Assembly: GCA_044223005.1 (NCBI GenBank)
Contig: JBGAML010000012.1
Span: 32,001-96,000 of the forward strand
Reading direction: 5' to 3'
DNA: 64,000 bases
Origin: Candidatus Eiseniibacteriota bacterium
GTDB taxonomy: Bacteria > Eisenbacteria > RBG-16-71-46
Part shown: positions 22,894 through 33,160 of the stretch, piece by piece
How the letters are laid out: every line of letters starts with the position of its first letter
Position numbering within the stretch: the first letter of the stretch is position 1
The notes under the pieces: generated by a model
What the model saw: only the letters and a program-made list of their open reading frames with translations
Databases searched by the model: none
Told to the model about the DNA's origin: nothing
Program-made: the position numbers and the translations under genes

Positions 22894-24759
22894 CTACGTG
22901 CTCGCCCCGTCCGCGTCTCCCGCCGGGATCGGGGACGGCGTGGACTCACCCGGTACGGCCTGGTCAGGCGCCGCCGCACCCGCCTCCGGCACGGGCGCTC
23001 CGACGATTTCGGGGGACGGTCTAGGTGCGGGTAGATCACTCGCGCGGCGCTCCGAGTACACGGGAGCGGTCACGAATGCCAGCTTGCCGTGCAAGACCTC
23101 GCCCGCAGCCTTGTAGTCGAGTTCACCGGCACCGCGCACCCGAACGCTCAGTTCGGAGGGCTTTCTCCGGAACCAGAACTGTACGTCCTCCGCCGGAACG
23201 AAGACCTTCCGGTCGAGCTGGGTCAGTCGGTAGGCCACCGTGGACAGGACATCTCGGATATGAGTGCCGTGCCAGATGGAGAGCAATTCGAGTGCGCTGG
23301 CGGCCGCGGCCTCGTCCCACAGGATCGCCTGATCGAGGATGTCGTCGGGAGATTCCCCCACGCCCTGCAGTTCGATTCTCGGGTCGACGAGTCGAACCAG
23401 GCCCGCGGCCTGCGCCAGCTCCGGCAGATATCGCACCCGCCAGAACTGGCCGGCGCTCGGCCGAACCGCCTTCGTTGACATGATGCTTTCCACGATCGAC
23501 CAGAAGGACCGTTGTCCCGAGCCACGGACGACGACAACCACGTCACCGGGAATCTGCTGCAGGAGTCGCTGCAGCTTGCGCGTCAACTCCCGGTAGTACA
23601 GCGCATGGCTGACGTGGACGACCGTGAACCCGGTTCCCCGGCAGAACATCGGGAGCAAGTCCTTGTCCTGCTGCTTGTCCAGATTCGGAATTCGGTCTCG
23701 GCACTCGACGTTGCCCGCAGACACTCGATCGTCGGTTCCGAGGATCAAGTCCTTCTTGAACGACTCCTCGCGCTCGGAGGTGAACTGGCGATCGCAGGCC
23801 AGGATCATGAGCCGGTCCCACGCGAATGGAATACGCTCGTCCCGCAGGAGCTGAATCAGGCGCTCCCCACCGCCACAGCCGACGTCGACGACGAGGTCGC
23901 AGACCTTGCCTTCCGGGACGAACTCGAAATCCGCCAGCTTCCGCTCGAGAAGCAGGCAATGCCCCAGATGCTTCTGGTAGGACTCCCAGACGAGCGTGCG
24001 CGTCGCGATCCAGTGCCTGAAGACGTCGCCCAGTGCGACCGCACCGCAACAGAGCAGGATGGCCCAGTGCTTGGGGGTGACCGTTTCCAGCAGCGTTTGG
24101 GGGTGCGCTCGGGTGATGCCCGATTCCTTCCATGCGCCCCATAGCGAGATGCACACCCCCACGAGGACGATCGCGTCGAGGAGCCGCAGTGACACCTGCG
24201 GAACGAGCAGATCGATCGAGTCTTTCGATCTGGCCTTCCTGTCCCCGTGCGTCTTTCCCGTGGGCATGATCATGACGAAGTAGACGCCCAGGAAGACCGC
24301 GTAGGGCGATACGTACAACAGGCGGGAAACGATGTGCGGACAGGAACGATAGACGTGCGAGTAGGTGGCGCTCAGGACTGCATCGCTCAAGTAGGCGAGG
24401 CAGAGGAGCCAGAAGAGAAAGACGTCGCGCAACTGCATGTGATGGAGCGTGTGATGGAAGACCGCACGCTCGGCGACGACGTGCAAGTAGAGGATCGAGA
24501 AGATGCTCACGAGGCCGCCCACCACGACGACCTGGATCATCCTCCCCACATCGAGGCTGGGTGCAGCGGAATGAAACCCGGCATCGACGTAAGGAATGCT
24601 GTGCAGGATGTACCCGATGCTGATGCACGGCAGGGCAATGAAGCGAAACCCCGTCGACAGAAGCCGAAGGATGTAGCGCAGGTACAGGGTGTCGAAAGGG
24701 CTCGGAACAGCGGAACTCGGCGAGTCGTCGATCACGGCGCGGGCCTCCCGGTGATGCAC
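22894..24759 (-). CDS. Multi-TM membrane domain fused to a class I SAM-dependent methyltransferase-like domain; atypical composition
   Basis: About six hydrophobic segments, then VVDVGCGGG (motif I) and VHVSHALYY. Visibly more A/T-rich than its flanks. Confidence 0.6.
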   Translation of the reverse strand: MHHREARAVIDDSPSSAVPSPFDTLYLRYILRLLSTGFRFIALPCISIGYILHSIPYVDAGFHSAAPSLDVGRMIQVVVVGGLVSIFSILYLHVVAERAVFHHTLHHMQLRDVFLFWLLCLAYLSDAVLSATYSHVYRSCPHIVSRLLYVSPYAVFLGVYFVMIMPTGKTHGDRKARSKDSIDLLVPQVSLRLLDAIVLVGVCISLWGAWKESGITRAHPQTLLETVTPKHWAILLCCGAVALGDVFRHWIATRTLVWESYQKHLGHCLLLERKLADFEFVPEGKVCDLVVDVGCGGGERLIQLLRDERIPFAWDRLMILACDRQFTSEREESFKKDLILGTDDRVSAGNVECRDRIPNLDKQQDKDLLPMFCRGTGFTVVHVSHALYYRELTRKLQRLLQQIPGDVVVVVRGSGQRSFWSIVESIMSTKAVRPSAGQFWRVRYLPELAQAAGLVRLVDPRIELQGVGESPDDILDQAILWDEAAAASALELLSIWHGTHIRDVLSTVAYRLTQLDRKVFVPAEDVQFWFRRKPSELSVRVRGAGELDYKAAGEVLHGKLAFVTAPVYSERRASDLPAPRPSPEIVGAPVPEAGAAAPDQAVPGESTPSPIPAGDADGAST

Positions 24760-25036
24760 GAGCCGGCGGAATCAGGCGAATGAGGTTGGGGGACCCCAGG
24801 AGCGAAGGCCACGTCGCTCTGCGTGATGCGGATGGCGATATCGATCGCCGACGGGAGCCCAGCGAAGTGACGAATCGCCGCGTGCTCCTTCGGAAGAGCA
24901 TGGTCGGATGATCTCAGCCTAGCGATATCCCACTCCGACAAGCGAGCACAAAATTCACATTCCGAATGCCGGATTCCCCCGCGGGACAATTCGCGCAGCG
25001 AGCGCCGCCGAACCGAGCACCGGCGCCCTCGCGCGA

Positions 25037-26107
25037 TCAGCTCTCGCCGTCGGCGCCCTCGGCTCCGTTCGCTTCGGCTCCCGCCAGCTTCCGCTCGATC
25101 GCACGCACGCGTCCGAGCAGCGCCGGCAGGCGCTCGAGCGCGGCGTGGATGCGGTGCATCGTGCGCGCGGGCCTCGCGGGCATGCCCTGGTAGGCCTGCC
25201 CGGACTCCGTGTCGCGGATGACCCCGCTCACACCCATCACCAGGGTGCCGGGCGCGAGGCGTACGTGGTCGAGGATGCAGACCATCCCCGAGATCATGCT
25301 GCCGTCGCCGATCTCGACCGAGCCGCCCACGGCGGTGTTGCCCACGATCACGACGCCCCGGCCGACCTGGCAGTTATGGCCGATGTGCACCTGGTCGTCG
25401 ATCTTGGTGTGCGCCCCGACTCGGGTCGTGTCGATCGTCGCGCGGTCGATCGTGCAACCCGCGCCGATCTCGACGTCGTCCGCGATCTCGACGTTGCCGA
25501 TCTGCGGCACCTTGTAACGCCGGCCTCCCTGATGGTGGAACCCGAATCCGTCCGCGCCGATCACCGTCGCGGCGTGCACGACGCACCGTTCGCCCACTTC
25601 GCAGTGATGCCCGAGCACGACACCGGGATGCAGCGTGGTCTCGGCGCCCACGCGCGCCCATGGCTCGACGACGGCGTGGGAATGCACCGTGCAGCGCGCG
25701 CCCACGACCGCGCCTTCCATCACGACGGCGCCGGGCAGGATGGCCGCGGTCGGGTCGACGACGGCGCGCGGGTCGACCGACGCCGCGGCGGAGATGCCGG
25801 GTGCGTGGCGAGGCGCGACATCGAACTGCCGCAGCAGCGCGATGAACGCGAGCCGCTCCTGGCCGTCGGGCGCAATCAGTGCGCGGGCGAAACGTGCCTG
25901 CAGCGCGGTCGTCGTGAGCACGACGCCGTCGGGCCCCGCGAGCGGATGGCGCTTGAGCACCGCCTCGGACTCGACGAAGTAGACGCCGTCATCGGCGAGC
26001 GGGGCCGTCGCGGGTAGGCGTTCGATGTCCCGCACGGCGCGGACTTCGTGATCGGCGGGTCCGGTGTGCGCGACTCCGAGCCGGCGAGCCAGTTCGCCCA
26101 GTTGCAT
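25037..26107 (-). CDS. lpxD: UDP-3-O-acylglucosamine N-acyltransferase
   Basis: Hexapeptide repeats, [24 protein letters not shown] and [19 protein letters not shown]. Confidence 0.88.
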   Translation of the reverse strand: MQLGELARRLGVAHTGPADHEVRAVRDIERLPATAPLADDGVYFVESEAVLKRHPLAGPDGVVLTTTALQARFARALIAPDGQERLAFIALLRQFDVAPRHAPGISAAASVDPRAVVDPTAAILPGAVVMEGAVVGARCTVHSHAVVEPWARVGAETTLHPGVVLGHHCEVGERCVVHAATVIGADGFGFHHQGGRRYKVPQIGNVEIADDVEIGAGCTIDRATIDTTRVGAHTKIDDQVHIGHNCQVGRGVVIVGNTAVGGSVEIGDGSMISGMVCILDHVRLAPGTLVMGVSGVIRDTESGQAYQGMPARPARTMHRIHAALERLPALLGRVRAIERKLAGAEANGAEGADGES

Positions 26108-26279
26108 GCGGCCTCCGCGGTGCGGTTGCGGCCCCGAGTGGGGCGTGACGGAGGCGAACGGCGTTCGCAGCACGGTCGCCCCGAGGCTGGAGATCGTGCT
26201 GCACGCTACGCCCGCGGGGCGGAAAGCGCGAATCCCGTCTCGCCTCGCGCCGCGTGCGGGCGAAGGCGCCTGCGACCCG

Positions 26280-26325
26280 AAAACAGCGAGGGGCGACGTT
26301 CGTGAGAACGCCGCCCCGTCGCTGT
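26280..26325 (-). terminator. Intrinsic terminator of the cold-shock gene
   Basis: Minus strand ACAGCGACGGGGCGGCGTTC-tcac-GAACGTCGCCCCTCGCTGT followed by a short T run. Confidence 0.7.
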
Positions 26326-26345
26326 GAGGTGGTACCTCGGGTTCG

Positions 26346-26546
26346 TCAGGCCTTGCGAACGTTCGCGGCCTGCAGCCCCTTGGGGCCGCGGGTCACGTCG
26401 AACTCGATCGCTTCACCCTCAGCCAGCGTCTTGAAGCCATCGCCGACGATGGCGGAGAAGTGCACGAACACATCCTCGCCGTCCGGCTGGGAGATGAAGC
26501 CAAAGCCCTTCGCCTCGTTGAACCACTTCACGGTGCCACTAGCCAC
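26346..26546 (-). CDS. cspA: Cold-shock protein (66 aa)
   Basis: [15 protein letters not shown] and DVFVHFSAI (RNP1/RNP2). CAGGAG RBS before GTG. Confidence 0.95.
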   Translation of the reverse strand: MASGTVKWFNEAKGFGFISQPDGEDVFVHFSAIVGDGFKTLAEGEAIEFDVTRGPKGLQAANVRKA

Positions 26547-26949
26547 TTGAAGCTCCTGCGTATCCGGGTCGAAATGACCCGTGCTTGTCGCGATGTACCG
26601 CCGCGACGGCGTCCGGTCGACATGACCGCTGTCCCGATACCGGCCGTCGGCTCGCCAAGGCGTGCCGCCCCCGACTCCAGGACGCCGCACACACTGGGGC
26701 TTCGGCGCCGAAAAAGACAGTGAGTTCGGTGTGTCGGCCGGCAACTGGCTCCGGAACTCGCGGGGAGATGGAACGCGGGAATCCCGCAACCCGCTGCGGC
26801 CATGACACTTTCCGCCGGGATTCCCGAACGTTGTGCTCGGGGGATTGTGGGTTCGCGGGCCGAAGCCGTTCGCGAGTCGCCAGATGCGCCCTACCGCCAG
26901 CACCGCGTGCACCTCACCCCGAAACCGAAAGGCAGGTCCTGCTGGCTCC

Positions 26950-27197
26950 ATTACGTCCACTGCAAAGACCAGGCGGAAGTCGACTACTACTGGTCGCGCC
27001 TGCTCAAGGGTGGCAAGGCCAGCCGCTGCGGCTGGCTCGAGGACAAGTTCGGGCTCTCGTGGCAGGTCGTCCCCGCCGCGTTGCCGCGGTGCGTGAACGG
27101 CAAGGACAAGGTCGGCGCCCGCCGCGCGCTCGAAGCGATGATGCACATGGTCCAGCTCGACGTGGCCAAGCTCGAGGCGGCGTACCGCGGGGATTGA
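26950..27197 (+). pseudogene. C-terminal half of a PhnB/VOC (3-demethylubiquinone methyltransferase-like) protein
   Basis: [16 protein letters not shown]...[16 protein letters not shown]...[16 protein letters not shown]. The family N-terminal half is not visible upstream. Confidence 0.6.
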
Positions 27198-27423
27198 ACG
27201 GCGTCACCGTGGCACTCGTCAGGCGGGTCGCGTTCGTGCGGCCCGCCCGACGGCTTTCCGGCGACGCGGTCGGCGTCGCGTCACGCTGAACCGCCGGCGG
27301 AGCACCGCATCGCTTCGGCCGGGTGCGCCGATTTCGATGTCCGCCGGAGCGGGCCGACGTCGCCATATCCGAGGATCCCCCCACGCACCGCCGGCCACCC
27401 GGCCGGCACCTCGGAGGCCCGTC

Positions 27424-30400
27424 ATGTACCGCAATCCCATCCATCCGGACCGGGTCGCACGCGCGCTCGGCCGCGCACGAGCGCTCGCCGTCGCGCTCGC
27501 GCTGCTGCTGGCGCCCGCGACACCGCGATCCGCTGCCGCGATCAACTACACCTGGACCGGGGCCATCAACGCGCTGGCCGGCAATCCCGGCAACTGGAAT
27601 CCCGCCGGCGTCCCCGGCGCCGCCGACTGGGTCATCTTCGACACCGCCGGCGCGTACGACGTGACGTTCGGCTCGCTCGTCCCGACGACCACGGAGTTCA
27701 TCGTCCGCGACGGGGAACCGCATTACACGTTCGCGACTCCGCACACGGTGTCGACCATCCTCAGCGTGAGCAACCTTGCGGCGGGTCCCACGCCCAACGC
27801 CCGAATCGACTCCGGCACGCTCACGCTCGCCGGCAACTTCAGCGTGGGCACCACGCCGAACGCGGACGCCTCTCTCTCCTTGTGGGGCTCGACGACCTCC
27901 GTCACGACCACTTCGGCGTCGGGTTGGACCCGCATCGGCAGCGAGGGCACCGGCAAGCTCTACCTCTACGACGGCGCCACGCTGACGCTCGCCCGCGCGC
28001 CCGAAATCGGGCGCACCGCGCTGGGCAACGACGGGGACGGCGAGCTCAGCGTGTACGGGGAGATCGGCGGCGCCACCGCCGCCCACTCCAAGCTGATCGT
28101 GACGGACACGACGAACGCCTTCCTGGTGGGCGCCGGAGCCTCGACCGGATCCGTGACCGCATCGGCGAACGGAGACATCACGATCGCCGGCGACCTGACG
28201 CTCGCCAACTCCCCCGGCGGCGTCGCCACGTTCCTCGCGGTCTCGCCCTCGGCCGGCGAGCCGGCCACGGTCACGATCGGCGGCGACCTCAACTTGACGC
28301 GCGACACCGGCAACGGCGTCGCGGGTGGCAACGCCACCTATCTCGTCGCCGACCACTCGCTCACGACGGTGGCCGGGACCACGTGGACGTACGACGACAT
28401 CGCTGGCGGCTCCGGCAAGATCCTCGCGTCGGGAACCAGCGGAGTGCTCTCGACGCACGACCTCCGCACCAGTGACCCGAACGCGCAGCTCCAGCTGTTC
28501 GGGAGCACGGTGCGAGTGGACGGCGGGACCCTCGACCTCGGCGGCAAGTCCTACGGGTTCGGCAGCCTGACGTGGCAGCCGGTGCTCGAGCTCGCCGGCG
28601 GCGCGACCGCCGACCTGCACGGCACCACCTCCCCCACGCTCACGGTCGGTGAAATCGGCCAGGCCGAACTCCGCGTTCTCGGCGGCTCGACGCTGGCGGT
28701 GCACGATTTCGGCCTGTTCGTGGGCAACGTCACGGCGTCGGGCGCCCGCCTCGTCGTCGACACGGGCGGCCAGGTCACGGTGGACGACGCGCTGATCGTC
28801 GGCCACAGCGGCCCGGGTGACCTGCTGGTCTCGGGCGGCTCGCAGGTCACCGCGTACGATCTCGGGTTCGCCACCCTCGCCGGGCCGTCCACCGCGACCG
28901 GGACGATCGAGTCGCTGTCCGACGTCCATGCCACGCACCAGTTCGACATGAGCGGCGTCAGCTCGTCGAGCGGCATGGCCTCGCAGCTCACGGTGACCGG
29001 CGGCGCACGCCTGTGGCTCGACGCCGCAGGCGTCTCGGGACAGCTGTGGCAGGGCAGCGCGCTCGGGTTCTCGGGCGGGGGCGAGCTGCACCTTGCCGGC
29101 GTCCTCGTCGACCGCGGCAGCATGAGCTTCTCGGGCGGCGCGCTCTCGGAGGGCGGCACGCTCCAGCCCATCGCGGGCGGCGTCCTGTCGGCGGAGGGAA
29201 CGCTGCACTCGGCGTTGTTCACCGTGATCGACACGACGGGCGTGCTGCAGGCGACCGGCGACCTCACGATCGGCGACGACACGGCGCTGGGCATGAACTT
29301 CGTCGGCCTCACGCAGGTCGGCACGCACCGCGTCCGGCTCGTGGACGCCGATTCCGCGGCCATCGGCCGCGTCACGCTGTCCGGGGGCACGCTGGTCGCG
29401 CCGCCGGGCGGGCTCAAGCTGATCGCCGGGCGGAACCTCTCGGGCACCGGCACCGTGAGCGGCCTCTTCCGCCCGTACGGAAACGTCGTCGCCACCGGCA
29501 CCGAGGGCATCGCGTTCGACGGCATCGTGCTCGGGCAGGGCCAGACGATGTCCGGAACGCTCGTGCGCATGCGCAAGGGCGGCGTGCTGTTCGGCGGCGT
29601 GGGCAACTACGGCGGCACCGGCGTGCTCGCCGCCTCGGTCGAGGTCGACTCGGGCGGCACCATCTTCGCGACCAACGACATGACGCTGGGCAGTGGCGTC
29701 GCCGGGTCGCACGTCACGATCGACGGACTCTTCGCCGCGGCGAACAGCGACATCGATATCGTCACCGCCGACACCACGCGCGTGTCCGGCGTCTTCTCGC
29801 TGCTCGGCGGCACGCTCACGCTGCCGGGAACGCTGCCGCTCCGCGTGCTGCCGAAGGGCCGCCTGCTGGGCACGGGCACGGTGATCGGCGGAGTCGTCGT
29901 GGACGGCACCCTCGAACCGGGCACCGGTGCGCGCTCGCTCACCGTGCAGGCCCTGCGCCTGCGCACGGGATCGACGCTCGCGTTCGACGTCGGCAGCCCG
30001 GCGGCGACGCTCAAGGACTCGCTCGCCGCGGTCGGCACCGCGGTGCTCGGCGGGACGCTGGCGCTGCACGCGCTGCCCGGGTTCGCGCTGGTGCCCGGCG
30101 ACAGCTTCCTCGTCGTGTCCGCGGGCACGCTCTCGGGTGCGTTCGCCGCCGTGACGCTCTACGGCGCCGACGCCTCGGGGGCGATCGTGCTGCACACCCA
30201 CAACAACCAGGTGTGGGCCGTGATCACGAACACGTCGCTCGACGTCCGGGATCCGCTCCCCGGCGACGGCGATGTCCGGACGCTGCGCTTCGCGAGCCTG
30301 GGCTCGCCGGCGCGCTCGCTCGCGTTCGCGCTCGAACTGCCGGAGCACGCCGACGTGACGATCGAACTCTTCGACGTCGCGGGCCGTCACGTGTCGACAC

Positions 30401-30552
30401 TGCAGCGCGGCCCGCTCGCGGCCGGGCGGCATCGCTTCGCCCCCGCTCCGGGCGAGGCGACCGCCCCCGGTCTCGTGGTGGCGCGCGCTCGCATCCGCGG
30501 CGCGGACGGCCGGACGATCGAACGGCTCACGCGAGCCGTGCAGTTGCGCTGA
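27424..30552 (+). CDS. Large secreted Gly/Thr-rich beta-helix (autotransporter-passenger-like) protein with C-terminal sorting domain
   Basis: Signal peptide, YTWTG...NWNPAGVP, Gly-rich repeats and C-terminal IELFDVAGRHV..GRH domain. No autotransporter barrel. Confidence 0.8.
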   Translation: MYRNPIHPDRVARALGRARALAVALALLLAPATPRSAAAINYTWTGAINALAGNPGNWNPAGVPGAADWVIFDTAGAYDVTFGSLVPTTTEFIVRDGEPHYTFATPHTVSTILSVSNLAAGPTPNARIDSGTLTLAGNFSVGTTPNADASLSLWGSTTSVTTTSASGWTRIGSEGTGKLYLYDGATLTLARAPEIGRTALGNDGDGELSVYGEIGGATAAHSKLIVTDTTNAFLVGAGASTGSVTASANGDITIAGDLTLANSPGGVATFLAVSPSAGEPATVTIGGDLNLTRDTGNGVAGGNATYLVADHSLTTVAGTTWTYDDIAGGSGKILASGTSGVLSTHDLRTSDPNAQLQLFGSTVRVDGGTLDLGGKSYGFGSLTWQPVLELAGGATADLHGTTSPTLTVGEIGQAELRVLGGSTLAVHDFGLFVGNVTASGARLVVDTGGQVTVDDALIVGHSGPGDLLVSGGSQVTAYDLGFATLAGPSTATGTIESLSDVHATHQFDMSGVSSSSGMASQLTVTGGARLWLDAAGVSGQLWQGSALGFSGGGELHLAGVLVDRGSMSFSGGALSEGGTLQPIAGGVLSAEGTLHSALFTVIDTTGVLQATGDLTIGDDTALGMNFVGLTQVGTHRVRLVDADSAAIGRVTLSGGTLVAPPGGLKLIAGRNLSGTGTVSGLFRPYGNVVATGTEGIAFDGIVLGQGQTMSGTLVRMRKGGVLFGGVGNYGGTGVLAASVEVDSGGTIFATNDMTLGSGVAGSHVTIDGLFAAANSDIDIVTADTTRVSGVFSLLGGTLTLPGTLPLRVLPKGRLLGTGTVIGGVVVDGTLEPGTGARSLTVQALRLRTGSTLAFDVGSPAATLKDSLAAVGTAVLGGTLALHALPGFALVPGDSFLVVSAGTLSGAFAAVTLYGADASGAIVLHTHNNQVWAVITNTSLDVRDPLPGDGDVRTLRFASLGSPARSLAFALELPEHADVTIELFDVAGRHVSTLQRGPLAAGRHRFAPAPGEATAPGLVVARARIRGADGRTIERLTRAVQLR

Positions 30553-30571
30553 GATCGCGCGGAGCCCCCGG

Positions 30572-30605
30572 ACGCCGGCGGCCGCACTCACGCGGCCGCC
30601 GGCGT
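30572..30605. terminator. GC-rich hairpin downstream of the secreted protein gene
   Basis: ACGCCGGCGGCCGC-actcac-GCGGCCGCCGGCGT, a 14-bp perfect stem. Confidence 0.5.
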
Positions 30606-30730
30606 TCGCGTGCCATCCCCACCCGCCGGCCCGAACGCCCCGCCGCCGATCGGCGCCCGGCGCGACGGCCCGCCCCTCGCGGGAGTTCCTCCGCCTCGAC
30701 GCGCCTCCCGGGCTCCGCCATGATCGGCGC

Positions 30731-31648
30731 ATGCTCCCCCGTCGCTCGTGCCCATCGCTGGCTTTCGCCCTGCTCGCCGCGCTGCTGCTCCCCGGGCCCG
30801 CGCTCGCCTCGCGGCACGTGCTGGTCGTGAGCGTCGACGGCCTGCGGCCCGACGTGGCGCTGCGGGCGGACATGCCGGTGCTCCGAGCGCTCATGGCGCG
30901 CGGCGCCTTCACGATGTACGCGGTCACGACCGACGTCGCGATCACTCTGCCCTCGCACGCGTCCATGCTCACGGGCGTGACGCCGGAGAAGCACGGCATC
31001 CACTTCAACGGCGATCCCGGCCCGACGGATCCCACCGCGCCCGCGTGGCCGACGCTGCTCGACGTGGCGCACCGCGCGGGACTGCGCACGGCGCTCGCGG
31101 CGGGCAAGAGCAAGTTCTCCGTGCTCGCGACACCGGGCACGGTCGACTTCGCCTCCGTGCCCGCGCGCGGGAGCACCGCTCCCGATTCGGCGGTGGCGAT
31201 GACGATGGTGCGCTGGATCGTCGAGCGGCGCCCGGACGTGATGTTCCTGCACCTGCCGAGCCTCGACTGGGTCGGTCACGCGAGCGGCTGGGGCTCGCCC
31301 GCGCAGGTCGTGGCCGCGCGCAGCCCGGACCGCGCGCTCGGGTTCGTGCTCCGGGCGCTGTCCCAGACGGGCCTGGCGGATTCGACGCTGGTGATCGTGA
31401 GCGCCGATCACGGCGGCGCCGGCCGGACGCACGGCGGCACCGATGCGCGCAGCCGCCTGATCCCGTGGATCGCGGCGGGTCCGGGCGTGCGGCCGGGCGA
31501 CGACCTCACGCGCGAGGCCGCGCTGACCGTGCACACCGAGGACACGTTCGCGACCGCGTGCGCGTGGCTCGGCCTCGTGCCGCCGAAGCCGGTCGACGGA
31601 CGTGCGGTGAGCGAGATCTTCGAGACGGGCGCGCCGGCGGCACGTTAG
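30731..31648 (+). CDS. Alkaline phosphatase superfamily / type I phosphodiesterase-nucleotide pyrophosphatase
   Basis: VSVDGLRPD, TLPSHASMLTG, DWVGH and SADHGG. Signal peptide. Confidence 0.88.
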   Translation: MLPRRSCPSLAFALLAALLLPGPALASRHVLVVSVDGLRPDVALRADMPVLRALMARGAFTMYAVTTDVAITLPSHASMLTGVTPEKHGIHFNGDPGPTDPTAPAWPTLLDVAHRAGLRTALAAGKSKFSVLATPGTVDFASVPARGSTAPDSAVAMTMVRWIVERRPDVMFLHLPSLDWVGHASGWGSPAQVVAARSPDRALGFVLRALSQTGLADSTLVIVSADHGGAGRTHGGTDARSRLIPWIAAGPGVRPGDDLTREAALTVHTEDTFATACAWLGLVPPKPVDGRAVSEIFETGAPAAR

Positions 31649-31685
31649 TCTGCGCGGCACGCGTCCCGAACTCCCGGAGGTCCGC

Positions 31686-32504
31686 ATGTCGTTCGCCCGT
31701 CGCCACGCCGCGTTCCGCTCGCTGCACGGTTCCGGCTGCTTCGTGATCCCGAATCCGTGGGACGCCGGCAGCGCCCGCTGGCTCGAGCACCTGGGCTTTC
31801 CCGCGCTGGCTTCGAGCAGCGCGGGCTTCGCGTTCTCGCGCGGGTTCCGCGACCACGGCGCGACGCTCGACGAGGTGCTGGAACACCTGCGCACGCTCGT
31901 CGCCGCGGTCGACGTGCCGATCAACGCCGACTTCGGGACCGGCTTCGCGGTCGAGCCCGACGGCGTGGCGGCGAACGTCCGGCGCGCGGCGGAAACGGGT
32001 GTGAGCGCGATCTCGATCGAGGACGAATCATCCGATCCGGATTCGCCCCTGCTGCCGCTGCCGCTCGCCACCGAACGCATCGCCGCCGCGCGGCGCGCGC
32101 TCGACGCGCACGGCGAGGGCGTCATGCTCGTGGCGCGCTGCGAGAGCTTCCTCGTCGGCCAGGACGACGTCGCCGCGACGATCCGCCGGCTCGCGGCCTA
32201 CGCGGGTGCGGGCGCCGAGGTGCTCTTCGCGCCCGGCGTGTCGCGCCCGGAGGACATCGCCGCGATCGTGCAGGCGGCCGGGCCCCGGCCGGTCAACGTG
32301 CTCGGCGGTCCCGGCGTGCCGTCCGTTCCCGAGCTCGCCGCGCTCGGCGTGCGCCGGGTCAGCGTCGGCAGCGCGTTCACCCGCGCGGCCTACGGCGGGC
32401 TGCAGGCCGCCGCGCACGAACTGCTCGTGCAGGGCACCTACGCGAGCCTCGCCGAGGCCCCGTCGTTTGCCGACGTCCAGGCGGCGATGCGGCCGCGCGC
32501 CTGA
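31686..32504 (+). CDS. Isocitrate lyase/PEP mutase family protein
   Basis: PNPWDAGSA, SSAGFA, NADFGTGF, SIED, ARCE and RRVSVG. Confidence 0.9.
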   Translation: MSFARRHAAFRSLHGSGCFVIPNPWDAGSARWLEHLGFPALASSSAGFAFSRGFRDHGATLDEVLEHLRTLVAAVDVPINADFGTGFAVEPDGVAANVRRAAETGVSAISIEDESSDPDSPLLPLPLATERIAAARRALDAHGEGVMLVARCESFLVGQDDVAATIRRLAAYAGAGAEVLFAPGVSRPEDIAAIVQAAGPRPVNVLGGPGVPSVPELAALGVRRVSVGSAFTRAAYGGLQAAAHELLVQGTYASLAEAPSFADVQAAMRPRA

Positions 32505-32652
32505 CGTCCGGTTTCGCGCCGGCCGGTGACGCCGGCGTTCCCGGAGGTAGCGCCGCCGGAACGGCGCGGTAACGCCGCCGTAACTTGCTCCGCCTAGTCT
32601 CCGCCTCGATCGTTCCCCCGACGAACGCGATCCTTATCACGCGGAGAGTCCC

Positions 32653-32892
32653 ATGCAGGCACCGACGCACACGCACGATGCGACCCTTGCGCCCCTGCCC
32701 GATGCGCCGTTCGCGATCCGCCGCCGCTTCCTCATCTATGTCGCGCTGCTCCTGGCGGCGCTCGCGCTGATCGCTCTGCAGCAGCGGAACGAATCGACGC
32801 TCACGCCCGCGGTCACGAAGGCCGTCGCGAAGAGCGCGCCGGCCCTCCCGGCTCCGCCCGACGACCGGCCGCTCCTGACGCCCGACCGCTGA
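32653..32892 (+). CDS. Small single-TM hypothetical protein
   Basis: GGAG RBS; RRRFLIYVALLLAALALIAL hydrophobic segment. Confidence 0.5.
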   Translation: MQAPTHTHDATLAPLPDAPFAIRRRFLIYVALLLAALALIALQQRNESTLTPAVTKAVAKSAPALPAPPDDRPLLTPDR

Positions 32893-32921
32893 AGCGCGCT
32901 CCGGGCGCGGCCAGCGCGGCG

Positions 32922-33160
32922 CTACGGGTTCTGGATGAACAGGATCACGAGCGCGTTGTCGGGCGTGTCGGGGCCCATGCCGGTCGCGTAGGTGTACGGC
33001 GCGAGCGCGGAATGGCGCCGTCGCGCCGACGAACGCGCCGCCGTTGCGCAGGAAGCCCGCCCGCACGACGAGCCAGCGCGGATGCCGCTTCGCGAGCAGG
33101 TCCGCGTACCAGCCGGGGCCGCGCTGACGCAGCGCGGTCACCTCGGGCGAGGCGACCGGG
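32922..33160 (-). pseudogene. Frameshifted 3' remnant of an unidentified gene
   Basis: Coding-like stretch SPEVTALRQRGPGWYADLLAKRHPRWLVVRAGFL..APFR, continuing in another frame as SALAPYTYATGMGPDTPDNALVILFIQNP*. Confidence 0.35.

Noticed and set aside
24732..24989. 85-aa ORF upstream of the TM-methyltransferase gene
   Set aside because: No RBS or motif support; it may be promoter sequence.
22894..25060. Faint similarity between the 3' ends of the islet gene (ADGAST) and lpxD (ADGES) as a possible target duplication
   Set aside because: Too short and degenerate for GC-rich DNA.
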